Below, piece by piece: positions 28,101 through 40,100 of a DNA stretch of 64,000 nucleotides. The notes under the pieces are model-generated. The model searched no databases. It was not told the DNA's origin and saw only the letters and a list, made by a program, of their open reading frames with translations. This stretch comes from Acanthaster planci. Lineage: Eukaryota. The stretch spans positions 3,826,934 through 3,890,933 of the forward strand of contig NW_019091356.1 of assembly GCF_001949145.1 (NCBI RefSeq), written 5' to 3'. Numbering within the stretch: position 1 is the first letter of the stretch; each line of letters begins with the position of its first letter. The translations under genes and the position numbers were made by a program.

Positions 28101-31100
28101 AGATTTGATTGCCTTCCCGTCAAAACACAGTGATAAAGGCAAGGTCCCCCCAACATACAAACGCGGACAGTTTAGCTTGGCTCTGTAACTTGTATTTTGC
28201 CAGATCAGCATATTTGCAGTTTCCCGTCTGACCTAGTTTTCCTCGACTCACCTGAACGTTGTCATCTCCCAACCCCCTGAAAAGGAGAAATCTGAACAGT
28301 TGCTAATAAGATAGGATCATGTTTACTGAAAGAGATTTGCAGTTTGCAGCCAAAGAAGTTTTGTGTTTTGTGAAGTGTTCTGTTCATAGTCTCTATGAGC
28401 TTTCCTTAAAGCCATCTATGTGCAGACATTATAGGCTATCGGCCTTGAGCAAAAGCGCCCCCTCATCAGTTGAAAAGAGCCATGTTGGTATGGAGGGTTC
28501 GTTTTTTTGGTAGCGATGTGACTGTGAGGCATGCTTTTCATAGTCTTTGTGAACTGGCAAAGTACAGTTCCCGCCAAAGGAGCCTCCGTTAACGAAGAAA
28601 AAATTGTGCCTCTGTTGGTCTCGCTCGGGCTCTATTATGAACTTTCCTTTCCATTTAGTGATTCCCACGCTCAATGTTACTGTGACTGGATCATTTGGAG
28701 TAATTGAGCGCAAAGGGAAGTTGAAGGGAGAGGAGCTGGGTGGACAGGCGCTTGTTCTCTGGGCTGGCATCAGCCAGAGGGGACGGGTTGAAACTTCAGT
28801 TCATCAATGTCACTGCAGTTATCAGCACAGTGCAGTGATTGTAAATCAACTGCCGGCTGGGGCTTTGTAGCACTGGCCTAGGTCAGGATGACCCTTCGTC
28901 TCTGGCCAAGCTTCGACAGTATTTGTTGTGACTCAGCACTGAGGAAAAAGATAAGCTCAGATGGACACCTTAATGCAGCACTGGTTTCCAATATTACTAG
29001 GCAGAATTCCCCATCTAGTATTTAAAATCTTCAGTATACCTCCTCTCTCCCCAAAGTGTTTGGCTTTATGTATGAAGTTCTTGTAAATATAAAGATTCTG
29101 TTTGTCGTTATTGTTTTTTCCACTTGTTCAAACATACGAATCATTGTTTACAAAGCCATATGCAATCATCAGGCACCATTGCTGCTCCTGTGTACTGAAA
29201 GTAAGGGCATTGTTGGTGTGAAATAAAGATATATTCACGTCTTGACCTCGAACGTCATTGGCAGAATGCGGTTTTCCTTTGGTTTTAGTGATTGGCATAA
29301 GTGGAAGGCTTTAACTACATCCTGCTGGGGATTCTGGATCCAGACACGTATGCTTTATATGCGTGGCCGGGGTCCCCGAACTTGGACAAAGGGAACAGGG
29401 CCTTATAACAAAAGACCGTACTTGGAACAAAAGATCAGGCTGCTGGGAATTACCGACATTTTTTCACTCTCAAAAGTGGTGATAATCCAGCCTTGTTTTG
29501 AAACAGTATACCACGGTTTGGGGCATTTAGAGCGAGCGGATTACTACCGGCGACAAAAGTGCTCCANNNNNNNNNNNNNNNNNNNNNNNNNNNNNNNNNN
29601 NNNNNNNNNNNNNNNNNNNNNNNNNNGCCTGGCTGAAATACTCAGGCGTCAGTAGATTTTGTCTGTCAGGGTAGAGTGGACACCAGACAGTCCTTCACAT
29701 GTTTGTAAGTGTCCAGAAAATGAAGATTTTTTAAAGAAATTTGAAAACAGAAAAAAAATGACAAATATCCCGCCCTAGCATCATCAACAATGATAACTGC
29801 CCCGGCAGGAAGTGGTTAAGGGGGTTTAGAGCAAACAAGGTGGAATGAATACCTTGACTGTGAAATGCTAGGCCAGACATGACCTTGACTGTGTCTCCTT
29901 ACATCTTCTGGCTGCCAGGCAATTTAAAAGACGCCGAGCTTAGTCACCTGGGCCAGTTGCTGGAAAGATAATATATCATGCATCCCAAAATAGCTGTTGT
30001 CGCTGCCTGTAGATGTGCGCAAGATGCCTGTTGTTGTCAACAAGCTTACACGTCGTGTGTATTAAGGAACCTAGATCTAGGTCATGTGGATCGCTGAGGT
30101 AGTGGATATCCTAGGGAAGTCCATCAGGTTGCCATGACGATTTTTACATGGTTCAAAGATGTTACAAATTCTCTGTGAAACTGTGCATAGAAAAAGCTGA
30201 TTCATTCATACGTTTGCTATGTTGTTAATGACAGTTTTTGACAAATAGAGGTTGGGGTTAACATGCATATTTTCCTCACAATTTCACTTCACCATTTATA
30301 ATAGTTTCCAGTTTATTTTGTCGTCCTAAATGTGCCACAAACAAGCTTTCTGTGTCCATTTTATCTCAGAAAGGGATTAAAGTTTGGACTCTTAAAAGAA
30401 GTGTGTTAATTGATTCCCAAAGGTCAATCCGCCCCGAGCTGAAGTGCACCCCCAATTGGCGAAAGAAAGACATGTGGTTACAAGTGGGTTCTGCATGCAT
30501 TCTGCGTATACGCAAAGACCATACATGCCACAATAAATTAGTTATGCGTACTCAGCGTGCTTTGTGCCAAATGCGCATAACGCACATATACTTTCGCGCC
30601 TCATGGCGCGCCGGTGCGTTGAGTACCAAGAAAAAAACCACGCCCTCTTTTGTTCCGCTCGGAGCGGATAACGTTTGTGTTGTTGATGTACAACTTGGTC
30701 ACAGAGAAGGTTTTCAGCTCCTCTCAATAAAGGAGAAGGGGGCAATCACGCAGAAAGTGAAAGTGACAACATCTAGATATCTGTTTTTTAAAAAAGCCCC
30801 GCATCGCAAAAACAAGTGAGAAATTTTTTAACTGCAAGGTGTCAGGCCCCGATGTCAGATTAAGCCTCCAGGAAAAGAAAATCTGTGTCTCGGACATCGC
30901 TAAGCTTTAACTTTCGGAAAAACATATTGATGCCCTCATTCTTGGGAGTTTAGGTAGAAGTATCATTGTATCAGTCATGAATTCCCAAGCAACAAGGTCA
31001 GACATTCTGTGACTTTATCGGCCGCGCACCAGCTGCTTCCACAGCGGGACTTGCATCTGTCCCCTGGGTATGGGGGAGGGGGGGTTGATGACTACACTAT

Positions 31101-34100
31101 AAGTCATCCTGCTGGATGGCCAATAAAGTCAAGAGCTGTTGGTTGTGCACAGCGCCCTCTGTGGGTCAAACTGTGACAGTGTAATGCACTAGGCAAATAC
31201 TGTAGTGACCCTGGTGTTTTCTGGGAGCTGCCTGAAGAGATGGGGCTGGTTTCATGCTTTTTGGAAGGGAGGGTGGTGTTTTAGGGGTTAGTAGAAAGTA
31301 TTACACATGGGCACAGAGATGTATTCATAGCCCAGTAAGAGTAAACAGGGGTGGGTGATAATGTTACACATTCTGGTCTAAAATACTCTTTCAATTTGTG
31401 GTAAATATATTTCAGTCTTGTTACTGTCTCTTTTGTCCCAGATCCAGGAATTCCAGCAGGCGCTGCAGCAGCGTGATGATGTGATCCGACACCTGTCCAC
31501 CAACTTGCAGGGCGCCCTCGCCAGTCGGGATGACATCCAGAGGGAGACGTCTGCGCAGACAGAGGAGCTAGCACGCCAGATACGAACCCTCCAGTCTCAA
31601 CTTCAGGAGGTAAACTGTGGGATTTTATACTTGGTGCCGAAGTAAGCACAAATATGAATTAAAAAAAATTTGTGCCATGTTTGCTAAAGTTGAATTGCTT
31701 TCAGCTTTGGTGAATTGGTAGTGGGCATGCCTGGTGTGGTGTCACAAATTTGTGTTCACTTTTTCTTTTTTGCTGTAAATGATCTCTGGTAAAAATAATG
31801 TAAATTACTTGGCAAAGTGATTAAATTTACCTTTTGGGGGACTCTGTTCTTTAGTTAATTATTTTTTTGTGGGGTTTGGGATATTTAATTCTTTAAAACA
31901 ACTTACACCGGTACACTTGCAATTTTTGCTTATTTTTCATTTGTTTTGTGAAATCTACAGTTTATATCTATCGTTGGGCATTTGGAAAGCAAGTGAAAGA
32001 CACGCTTTCCTTACTCAAACATTTGAACATGAATGGAGAGAATTTTTCAAAATCACAGGTGCAGGTCACAACAACATTCTGAGTAGTCAGTGAGATTAGA
32101 AATACCATAAGTGCCTCTACCATTGGCATATGAATTGTCTTGCAATAAATGTTGGTCATTGCGTAGCGTCAGAGTTCTGCACCCAAGCACTTCCTGCAGT
32201 AGTGCTCGTACAGAAATATGTACTCGTGTTTGAGAGCAAATTAAACAACCCTGAGGTTGGAGTTGAGTATTCGTGGATTAGTTTTGGTTTCACAGACGTA
32301 CATCAGCACAGATATTTCAGATGAGGAGCCTCTTAAAGACTTAAGTGCCTCTTTGTAGTGGGGCTCTAAAATATTTGCCAGAATCGATACTGGTATATGT
32401 GTAGAGAATGTTTCTTGGTGATTTTTGTCAGCTTTTTAAGTTGTAGTTCTTTGGTCAGTGATGCATTTGATGTTTGTCACGTTGAAACATTGGATCAAAA
32501 ATTCTTACATGTGTTTTTTTTTTTTTTTTTAAACTGTATCTGGCGCAAATGATGGAAGGGGTAAAATATGTAATTTAGTATAGTTAAATGTATTGATGTT
32601 ACGTGTAATTACTCTCTTTTTTAATCCATTCAGGCTGGGGATTCACTGAAGGAGCAAAACGGTGGCCACGGCAGTCTAGCTGAGGAGCTAATCCATACCC
32701 AGGAGCAGGTGACGGCCCTGAAGCAGACAGTGAGTGACAAGGAAGCTGCCATGCAGACCCTTGCCCAGCGCTATGCCCAGAAGTCCAAGGAGCTGGTGGA
32801 GGCCGTTGAGGAGAAGGAAGACCTCCGCAGGCACTCGGCCGAGGAGATCGTCTCCTTGCAGCAGCAGCTGAAGGAGCAAGGTGGAAACCTGAGCCCCGAG
32901 TCCCGGGAGCAGTCCCTGGCCCAGCTTCAGGCCGAGCTGGACGAGAGCTTTGGCAACCAGATTGTCATGATCAAGGAGCAACTGCAGGAACGCCACGAGC
33001 AGGAGAAGGACCTCCTGCTGCAGAAGTGCAGCGAGCTGGAGAGGACCCTGGACACCCATGCCAAGAACAACAAGCTTTGTGAGGACCTGGAGCATCAGAT
33101 CGCTGATCTCAAAGACCAGCTGGGGAAGAAAGACTGTGAGAGTCTCTGTGGACAGGAGGAGATTGCCAACCTGAAACAGGAACTGGCTGAGATGGTCGAG
33201 GCTTACAAAAACCAGACCGAGAAACTATACACAACTCAGATGATCCTGGATGAGGAATGCTCTAAGAAGGAAAATTTGAGTGCCCAACTGGACGAATCCA
33301 ATCAAGATCTCTTGCGCTTCCAGGAATCCCAGAACGATGAATTAAATGACTTAAAGAGATCTCTACAGCAGCATATTGCTGAAGCTGACAGGCTTGCCGC
33401 AATCAATATCGACTATGAGGACCAGATTGCTAAGCTAAAGGCAGACCACGAAGAGGTTGTTGCTGAGTTGAACACAAAATTAGAAACAACCCTTGATGAG
33501 AACAACTCCCTAAAAGATGATCATATGAAGGAAGTGGAATCCTTGAAGGCTGAGTTAGAGAACTTCCAAGAGAAGAGCGGTGATGCACCTGTCAATCTCG
33601 AGGAGCTGAAGAGAACAATCAAAGGAGACCTGAGTTTGGACTATGAGGACAAAATAGAAGACTTGAAATACTCCCATGAGGTTGACCTGAAGAGGCTGCA
33701 AAGTGAACTGAGAGTCGAGTATCAGGATGAGCTCAAAGACATCCAGAAGAACTTGGAGGAGCAGTACTTGCAGAAGGTTGAGAGCATCCGATCTGAGAAG
33801 GACAGGGAGTTTGTTGCCGAGTTGCAGAAGGCCAGGCAGGAACTCCAGGAGAAGTACGAAGCCGAGCTGGCTGAGAAAGTTGAGGTTGAAAGAAAGAGAC
33901 TCAAGCAGCTTGAGCTCCACCAGACAAGTCTGGATGACACAGTTGACCAGGCCGAGCTGATCACGAGGCTGCAGAATGAGAACCAGGACCTGTCGGAAGC
34001 ACGGGATGCTCTCCTACAGCAAATTGACTCTAGCCATCACCAGCAGGAGGAGCTCCAAGAGGAACTCCTTAACGTCATTAATGAGAAGGATAGGCTGAAT

Positions 34101-37100
34101 GAAGAAAACGAGAGACTGTTGCTAGATTTAGAGACCTCTCAGATCAGATCCACAGCTGTTCAGGGTTTGGAGACACTCCACGATCGTCTCCAAGAGCTAG
34201 AAGCAGATCCTCTGTACCAGTCAGAACATTCTGAGGATGAGAAGTCCCAGCTGGCTGATGAACTGGAAAAGCTGCGAGCCGAACTGGAAACTAGCAAGCA
34301 GGATAAGGCTGCCTTCCAGGAACAAATGAACAAACTCAACAAAGAATACCGAGCCAAGGTGGAACAGCTTGGTGAGGAGAAATATAAAATCACAAATATC
34401 CTGGAGGCAACGAGAGGTGAATTGGAAAGCCATAAATCAGCTGCCGTACAAGGAGATGATGATTTCTGGTCTACAGAGAGAGCCAGACTGCTACAGGAAA
34501 AGGAACAGCTTCAACATTTATTGGAGAAAAATGAGAGAGAGTATGAAGCCAAGATCTGTTTTTTGGAAGACGAGAGGAATAGTCGGGTTGAGAAGGTGGC
34601 TTTGTTAGAAGCAGAAAAGGAGGCACTCTTCGATCAAGTCCGTTCACTTGAGAAGAACCAGGATGAGTTAAAGCAAGAACTGGATGAGGCAATGACTCAT
34701 GTGAGAGATCGACAAAATGTTGTCTCAGAGTTAGAAGAGTTGAAACAATCTGTGGATGAGCTGAAGACGAGGCACTCAGAGGAAATTCTCAGTGCTCAGA
34801 AGCAGCACAAGGATGATCTAGAACAAATTCAGGAGTTGAACAAAATTATGAATGAGCTGAAGAATATCAACGCCCAACTGAAAGCAGAGTCCAGCATGTA
34901 TGAAAATGCCAAGGGGCGAATTGAAAGTCTCACTGATGAACTCTCGGTGCTGAAGTCAGAGAATGAGGAGCTGAGAACGGAGGTTGCATCTCAGATATCC
35001 AAGAATGCAGAAATTGGGCATGATCTCGCCGTGATGGGTGGCACCAGAGAAGACCAGGATAGGCTGGAGAAGGATTTGGCTGCTGCTATATCTGACAAAG
35101 AAGCTTTAAAAAGTGAATTGGAGCAGCAGAGGGAAAATTATGAGCGGCAGGTGGCACTGCTGAAAAACATCCATCATGATGACGGCAACTCAGCCTCAGG
35201 CAGCAGTGGCAGGAAATCGCCAGAAATGACAGCTGCCGAGAAACAAAACGCCATTCTGCGGGACTCGCTGGAACAAACGGCCGAGGACCGGGCCAGCGTG
35301 GCTTCCGATCTGGTGCAATTAAGGCACGAGTTTGATCTCCTGCGGACAAGCATCAACATGAAAGAGGCGGAGATTACGTCACTTCGGGAACAATTGCAGA
35401 TAGCCGAGGAAGAGCGTAAGCACGGAGTGGCCGAGTGGCAGGAGGCAGAGCAGGAGTTGGGGGTCATCAAAGCGCAGCTGGAACAGGAGAAGAAACAGCG
35501 CTGGCAGGTTGAGGAGAGGCTGCCACAGCTGCAGGCTAGGCTGGAGTCCCTGCAACATCTTGAGACAGAGCTGACTCTGGAAAATGAAGGTCTGAAGGAG
35601 GAACTCAGCGGCGTCAAGCGAGAGAGAGATATTGACACTGCCAAACAACACAAGATAGAACAGCTGAAACAAGACTTGAGTGAAACTGCTGAGATTTACC
35701 AAAAGGAAAATGCCCTGCTGAAGGATGCCTTGCAACAGGAGAAAGACACAGCTGCCACCTTGCTGAGGAAGAAAGAGGAAAATTCTAACAAGAAACTTCT
35801 CGCCCTGACAGAAGAGGTAGACGAACTTAAGCAGAAAATTGTACGCAAAGAGCAGACAGAACACGAGATCTTGACAGAGAAAACTCGGCAGATTGGCATC
35901 CTCCAGGAGAGCAATGCCAGATTAGAGGCAGAGAAGGAAAACCTCCAAACAAAGCTTGAGGATCTCGAGAAGAAGATCAAGACAAATGAATCAGTCTCGG
36001 AAGAGGTCCAGGATATTTTTGGCCAGCAGTTGACGGAACTACAGGCTGAGCAAAAATCACTGCAGGCCGAGCTTGAACAGCAGAGAGAAGAGCGGCTTAA
36101 CCTGTCGGGCATCCTGAATGATTCCAATTCCCGAGGGGAGAGATTGAGCCAGGAAAAGGAGCTGCTCCTCAAGAAGCTCGCCGAGAAGGAAGAAGTCCAG
36201 GAGAAGCTGATGCAGGAAAGGTTGGCGCTGCAGAGGCGGATTGAGGAGCAGCAGAAACTGGAAGCCCTTTTGGAGGAGAAGGACCACTTGGAGCAGGAGC
36301 TGTCCCGTCAGAAACGGTCACTAGAGTGCGACCTGCGGGACATCGAGCAGCAGCTGCAGCAGCGGGAGCACCAGCTCTTGAGTGAGAAGGCCAGCCTTGA
36401 GGCCGAGCTGCGGCACAAGGACGTGGAGGCCCGGCGCTGGCAGACGGGCTTCCGGGAGCAGCGGCTGGAGTTCCAGCACCGTGAGTCCTTCCTGAAGAGG
36501 CGCTACGAGGACGAGATGACCTCCTTCCGGGAGGAGGCAGAGAAGGACAAGCTGGCCCGGCTGCAGCGCATGAGACTGGAGAAGGATCGGCAGCATGCCG
36601 ACGCCGTGGCCAAATTGAAACGGGAGTTGAGGGCGGAGTTTGATGACCTGTCCATGAGGTCCAAGGAGCAACACCTCCATGAGATTTCCCTCCTCAAGAC
36701 CAGACACCAGTCTCAGGTGCATTGGTATTCTTATTAACCATTTTCATGCCCGCAAATTTATCCATTTAGTCTAAACTAAAAAAAACTAATTAATGCGCAG
36801 TGCTCGCAAAGGTGTGGTTGGTCAGTATTGACATTTGCACATTAACACACCTCAGCAAATATGCACAGAAAGACACAACTGCCCTTTTCTGACATACATA
36901 GCACTAATCACAAATGAGAAAATACTCGTAGAATTTATAAGCCTAAATGTAAGTACTTCACCCCATGGATTGAAACTTGTTTTATTCTTGGATGAGATCA
37001 ATATGAGAGAGAAAGGTATGAGTGCTACCGCGCAAGCCTCACCGTACAGTTGTGTTTTGAATTTCAGGTATTAAAGAGTGGCAATTTCTTAACTGTGCAT

Positions 37101-40100
37101 CTCTCTATGCTGAAGGTCTAATGTATATTTTGGCTATTTTAGCACTTTAGCATATTTTAAAGCCAAACATTTCAAATAAGTTGACTTGCATGATTGATCG
37201 GTTGTAGACCAGCTGATTAAAGGAGCAATTGACATAAACACTGAGAAGAAACCTTTCCCTAACGTGTAGCTCACATGTATGTACTCAGTGCATAGTTTTA
37301 TTGATTTTTGTCATGGAGTTGAAAGAGTAAATTTTTTATTAGGAAAAACATACAACAGAAAATGGTTAAACTGAAATGATTCATGACTAACTACGTTTGT
37401 AAAGACACTTTCAAAAAAAAAATCATGCAAGCCCTAAAAACGAAACTACTAACCACATCTAGCAATCACATCTTCATTCCCACATACTTCAGTATTTGGA
37501 CATCATTGAAGTCTGTCCATCATAGGCCTGTCACAGCTCATTACTTGTACTTTTGCAACAACAAGGGCCTGTCTATTTCTTGCGGATCCGGATTGTGATC
37601 AGTGATCTGTCGTTGGTTGACTGACACCAGAACCCGCTGAATGGATAGCACGGACCAGCTCTGGGATCACTGATCGCAATCCTGATGCTTGTGAAACAAA
37701 CAGGCCCCAAGCCTTGTGCAAAGGGAGATGGGCTGGATCCTACCATGTTGAATCTGTCGGTGTCCCCTTCGGGATTGTCAGCAGGTCTGGTGAAAATTCG
37801 CCCTAAATCCACTTCCCCTGGTCTTATGAATTCTACATGAAAGAATGCAAAACAAATAAGCAAACACCCCAGCAAACGTACAAACAGAAAACAGTCCACT
37901 GAATTCAAACCTCAAGCAGTGCCACATGTGCTCAAATAATTTTACTCTGACAGAAATTGTCATGCATTTTCTTCCCCTTCATAAACTGAAGCAGCTGCAT
38001 TTCCCCCAGATTACCCTGAAGTACGTCATCAGAACACAATGTGATGCAGTGACAAAAAAATCATTTTGAAAAATGAATAAATATCTCCATAAATGCCTTC
38101 AGGAAAGCTAGCTATTTCCTCTCTGTTGAACCATCTGGAGTCTTAACTCCCTGCTGATTTTTTCCTCCGCGTGGATTGAGCAATGGATGCATTGTTTGCT
38201 GGTGCTCAGGAGGGTTCTTCCCTCAACACCAGCCATCAATCTGTCATTGTGTGTGTTATTTCCTGACCTGTCCGTACTTACGTGAATCTCAGGAAAAGTG
38301 ATTAAGCTAACTGGTTGATGATTGCTCTTTTCAGCAAAGAAGTGGTCAGTCCACACATAATTCTTTCCTTTTTTTGAGGTTTTACAGCACGTTGCAGTTG
38401 GGGCATGCATTAGCAGCTGCATAAATTATAATAATTTGAAAATTCATACAAATTCAGTTGTACAAGGCCTAAAGATAAAATGATTGTGCTATTGTAATAT
38501 GCAGCTGCATCAAACTATGATAACATCAGATTTCACAACTCACAACGTATTCAAATTAATTAAAAGAATTGAAATGTTTAGTGGGTCAGGTTTTTTCTCT
38601 CTGATGGGATCATGGAAATTTTAGTTTTTCTGCATTTTGTTTGCTTCAAAATGCAGGAAAAATGTTAAGAATATTTTGATGGTTGTAACTAAGTAATTTT
38701 CCAAGAAGGGTTCACTATTTTTCTAAGTGAGTTAATTTATGCATGACTTTCTGACACCTTGTCCCCAGTTTTGAGTGATTGTTTCCATGACCCTTATTTT
38801 CTACTTTTGCCTCAAAAACCTCAGAGCTACTTGTAGGCCAGATGGCATAATGAATATGGATAGCTTATGCATATGCGTATGGGATTGTATGGGATTATAT
38901 ATATATGGGATTGTTTCAAAAACTTGACAAAAACAATCGAATATTTTTGAAGTAGTGTAAAGAATTTATTTTTTTTTTTGAGAAAAACTTGCCAGTTGGG
39001 GTTTATTTGTGAGTGAAGGGCAATATTTAGAATTTCTTTTATTTCGAAATTTATCTCGGCTGTTAATTTCCTTGAAATCTTGTAAGTAGGAATGGATTGC
39101 AAATTAGCATTCGGTGCTTGAAACCACTCATATTAGTATTATTAAATCAAATCGGAGTAACAAATTATTGAATATGGAGATGAAAATCAAGAAGTTTATA
39201 TTATATATTTTGCCTGGTTTAAGAAGCAGTTATGTATAACGTTAAATGTAATCGTGAAACATTGATGCATTGTAACTCCTATGCCACAGTGCCAAATATA
39301 AGCATTTTTATGTCTTCCTTTTTCTGTGGGAGGGGATGTTGTATTGGTCTCCAAATCAAATCGGGGTCGTTGCACTCTTCTTCCATTCTGACTTCAATAC
39401 GACTGCTGCATGTCCTTAAGAGTGACCTGTGGAATGATCGTTTCCAGTGACTACAGATGTTGGCAGATGCCTTGCATGAGCCGGTTAAGGGGGTAAAAAT
39501 GTTTTGTGGGGAGGATGTTTTGCTTGATTGGCTCTGAGCATGATGGTAGAGGGCGCTGTTTATGTCGGTGAAGAGAGCTAGCAGTGGTCACTTCAGTCTC
39601 TGATGGTCTGTGCAATACAGTTTCCAGTACGGGCTATTCACAATAGCACCGCCTCCAAGAGTTTGGAGAAATCTGTCGACCCTTTCCAAACACGCATTGG
39701 GTTGACAGATTTCGTGCCTTGTGATTGGCCAATGCATTGCAAATGCTTGGAGGCGCGCTGTTTTGAAATGCCCATAATGTGACAGGCATGCAGTGGCGAT
39801 ATATCATTTTCCAGCAAAATGTGCTCCAAACTGCAAATTACAGATGTCACCAGAGTTTTTATGCATGATGGAAAATGTTTTCACCGTACGATTACCGACA
39901 TTTCCCACTAGTAAAAGGCACAATTTTGCATGGAGCTCACAGTCGGGGGAAAAATAGTGAACATGTAATTCACGTTACTGTTGCTTGAATGTCGCCTTGT
40001 ATGTTGTATGTGAAGCACATGGATTCTGTGAAGTTTATCGCGATGTGTGTACATCAAGGGAGAAATCTCGTTATTTGCAAACAGTTCTGAAAGTGAAACA

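Noticed and set aside
32688..36722. Many long minus-strand ORFs over the giant exons (also 52651-54924, 42027-42548, 43172-43617)
   Set aside because: Antisense shadows of E/Q/L-rich coiled-coil codons (Leu/Ser-rich translations); no independent gene signal.
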